A stretch of 63,222 nucleotides of DNA, filler included, from Chrysochromulina tobinii (Eukaryota), in NCBI GenBank assembly GCA_001275005.1. It is 6 parts of 6 records of this genome, joined end to end, with 100 filler letters (N's around TTAATTAATTAA, not from the genome) between each part and the next. Parts side by side here need not be neighbours in the genome. Positions count along the whole stretch, not along the records: positions 57,700 to 63,222 come from JWZX01000575.1; 5 more parts are not named here. One strand, written 5' to 3'. A program made the translations under genes and the position numbers. Under the pieces are notes generated by a model that did no database searches, was not told where the DNA came from, and saw only the letters and a list, made by a program, of their open reading frames with translations. Of this stretch, positions 62,001-63,222 are shown one piece after another; position 1 is the first letter of the stretch; each line of letters opens with the position of its first letter.

Positions 62001-63222
62001 TCTACGAACGCGGGCCACGAGTAGCCCTGAAGGGCTGGGTTAGGAGCGACGGGCGCCACTTGAGGCACACCGATGGACACCAGCAGGACGTTGACGAAGT
62101 CCCTGATCCGCTCAAGGTTACTTTGCTGCACGAAGTAGTTGGGCTTGGAGATAGCCTCGACCGCCGAACCGACGTTGACGCAGAGCGCCCAGCTGCCGGC
62201 CCCGTGCGGCTGCATGAAGAAATCCATCTGGTCCAACTCGAAGCGGATGAATTGGGCAAGGAGAGAGTCCGAGTCCTCACGGCTGGTAGGCTTAGCGAAG
62301 ACGTATCTTTTCATGTGCGCGGGGACGACGGCCGCCGGCCCGGAGGTATCTAGCCGCAGCACATGGTTGAAGTAGTTGAAAAGCTGAGGGCGAAGGCCGT
62401 TGATCGCGACGCATGTGGCATTCCGGGTGCTTGCAAGGTCCGAAGTCTTCGGGTACGGGTGCAGAAGAATGCGGGTCGCCAGCACGCAATCGCCGACAGC
62501 TAAGATCAGGGAGATGCCGTCTCGCTGGCCCACCTCGGACGTGAGGTCAAGGCGCCCGAGAGCAAGCTCCAGGTTCTTGAAGGACTGATGCGCAAGCGCC
62601 AGCCCGTCGGCGTCGGCGCCACCACCAGGGGCACCCCGACCGACGATAGTGTTGGCAGCACTCTGACCCGCCTGAGCCATCACAGCGTTCTCAGCTAACA
62701 GGGCCGCGGTCACGTCGCTGAGAGACACGTTGGGCTGAGATAGCACGTGATTGAGAGTGGGAAGACGGCTTGAGAGCTGAGTTTCGAGGCGTCCCAGAAT
62801 GTCCGAAAGGCGAGAGTCGTGAAGCTCGCTCGAGAGCATTGCCCTCTGGAGGATTCGCAACGCGCCGACGATCTGGCCCTCATCAGTGCCCAAATCGAGG
62901 ACTGCGCGAGCAAGGGTAGGGAACCAAGGGTGGATATGATGGACACGCTCCTCCTCGACTGCGGACTTCTCGTCCTCGGACTGCCGGTAGCGGAGACCCG
63001 CTATGAGCTCGGATCCCACCGCCTCGTAATCGGCCGTATGCGCACGGTAGACGGACGGGAGAATGGAACTGACGAGAAGTTGGCGTAGCTGCGCTGCGAG
63101 GACTGCATCCTGGGCCGTACTATCTCCACGGAGTTGAGACGCCATGATGAGCGTCGGCGAAGCATCAGCAAGGCGAAGGTGGTTCCGACCGATAGGACCG
63201 AGAGCGCCGGCGAGTAGTGAGA
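59072..63222 (-). CDS. Polyprotein: gag-like region (tentative), OTU-like domain (~60190-60660), C5-cytosine methyltransferase-like domain (~59500-60075); 5' open to the window edge
   Basis: IVDCGGQGQCG...SWTD...YRVAIYIH...RHLVAV (OTU-like); VLVACEFSG...SCDLRP..HYRGDVRD...FFPNC...VVVEQP...QYGD..K (MTase-like). The frame has no stop from ATG 63145 to 63220. Confidence 0.7.
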   Translation of the reverse strand, partial: SLLAGALGPIGRNHLRLADASPTLIMASQLRGDSTAQDAVLAAQLRQLLVSSILPSVYRAHTADYEAVGSELIAGLRYRQSEDEKSAVEEERVHHIHPWFPTLARAVLDLGTDEGQIVGALRILQRAMLSSELHDSRLSDILGRLETQLSSRLPTLNHVLSQPNVSLSDVTAALLAENAVMAQAGQSAANTIVGRGAPGGGADADGLALAHQSFKNLELALGRLDLTSEVGQRDGISLILAVGDCVLATRILLHPYPKTSDLASTRNATCVAINGLRPQLFNYFNHVLRLDTSGPAAVVPAHMKRYVFAKPTSREDSDSLLAQFIRFELDQMDFFMQPHGAGSWALCVNVGSAVEAISKPNYFVQQSNLERIRDFVNVLLVSIGVPQVAPVAPNPALQGYSWPAFVDFYITKLKLAAGLPLLLDQYLHIAACVRIFENALTAMRQRLTSLVRDPDPSSRTMQAFIFPPDGSVIQDLTSLSTEISRKRNARGDMAGAFKTHDGKPAIANWETLRLDDQFFTDYLKALSKKPKVGDAAGSLSFGADFLDFVGDPAPPAGADAGLPPGSLSKSWKWHKHELVISGLCWNVPGLAKHLGVPARGVGAPCWPFILAGCADKNRMARCGASNQAGHENPDSAHHALLDAIDREAMVRLFARAATPEQTAGLIKIPEGKGQGRGQGRGAGRGKGGRGRGEGGRGRGRQGGRAQGDPEMATVLAELESLKRRLADHDQPDPKQSSPALRAQVLAQRVPVDGEAKRMIRFEPPANLDGEPHFEQPPQGEPPVGGLQPRLNPPAPRNFSLSFGDINDDLAIDANLSLLLRTLPTATRNPLMATNLRELQSPLKTLAGTLSMNNKFIVDCGGQGQCGPNTLGYLLGLVGSATVDGPQLRQAVVQHALAPAHRSRCTRFRDNQDRFYTLEGLILRCLADDLGHSPGALMHTVEAWCHNIAKPASWTDLAFLQVAADCYRVAIYIHTVDDLSTVGDLGVILPCDSAPVALLEVGMWIGRHLVAVVTSDLAASAVAQQPTSHPSPSLNLDEVRLLLRGADAPTVLVACEFSGALAGALQTAGFSTISCDLRPALHCFPHYRGDVRDIVGLRHWERAYFFPNCFQHLRGDEQCLPFKIDDCRAFWAAAMVLWCLACPNADVVVVEQPDTLVYDYIDVTEFASLCEFRTSQYGDPGQHDKFIRLAVRNAQLPPTTHPECRQAQRLSHLEYPNPDARDRARSSWTPHVKTCQALVNLASVDSAKAPDYVALITCFAANWYGSGHPVPADYLNPDAQPTSPEWRNYQEVRGPGDRRRPPLVEPLHAPYGDCGGDDGSGDLAPDSLERFQPCTLTAVEYHDQHYHIACYGALSHRHRRPHSNLKRTRVAHCAEHTCCPAAI

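Larger units (their letters stand above)
57700..63222 (-). mobile_element. Probable transposable element fragment (two long intronless ORFs), both ends missing
   Basis: Polyprotein-like ORFs with a Cys/His cluster, RG-rich stretch, OTU-like and DNA-methyltransferase-like domains. Codon usage looks less GC3-biased than host genes and there are no repeat-filled introns. No RT, integrase or recombinase is visible, so the class is unproven. Confidence 0.55.

Noticed and set aside
57700..63222. Assigning the element to a specific class such as DIRS or LTR
   Set aside because: No reverse transcriptase, integrase, recombinase or terminal repeat is visible within the contig.

Overview
This is GC-rich eukaryotic DNA. 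It is most likely from a haptophyte alga (Chrysochromulina/Emiliania-like), inferred from a bipartite plastid presequence, flagellar-type genes and introns filled with 10-bp repeats. The window is not contiguous: six contigs (1-12625, 12726-21792, 21893-40892, 40993-50557, 50658-57599, 57700-63222) are joined by artificial N44-TTAATTAATTAA-N44 linkers. About 24 protein-coding genes are supported, including a Ca-binding mitochondrial carrier, pelota, PRP38, a PACRG-like protein, DGAT2, ArfGAP-FYVE, TMEM260, adenylate kinase, a BEACH-family fragment, a BspA-type LRR protein, an NDK-like membrane protein and a UIM/SHOCT protein missing from the ORF track. No rRNA, tRNA or CRISPR array was found. 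Three things stand out. (1) Many introns look built in place. They begin and/or end with copies of the neighbouring exon sequence, usually around an AG|GT, and are filled with sense-oriented branch-point-like 10-mers and/or a shared ~26-nt core. Several are stacked with internal zero-length AG|GT junctions. This is a candidate intron-generating and recursive-splicing system. (2) An intronless ~3600-aa protein carries ~42 Sfi1-like centrin-binding motifs and six EF-hands, a candidate Ca-driven contractile fibre scaffold. (3) A truncated transposon-like polyprotein fuses an OTU-like domain to a phage-type C5 DNA methyltransferase. All domain calls are by eye; no database searches were run.
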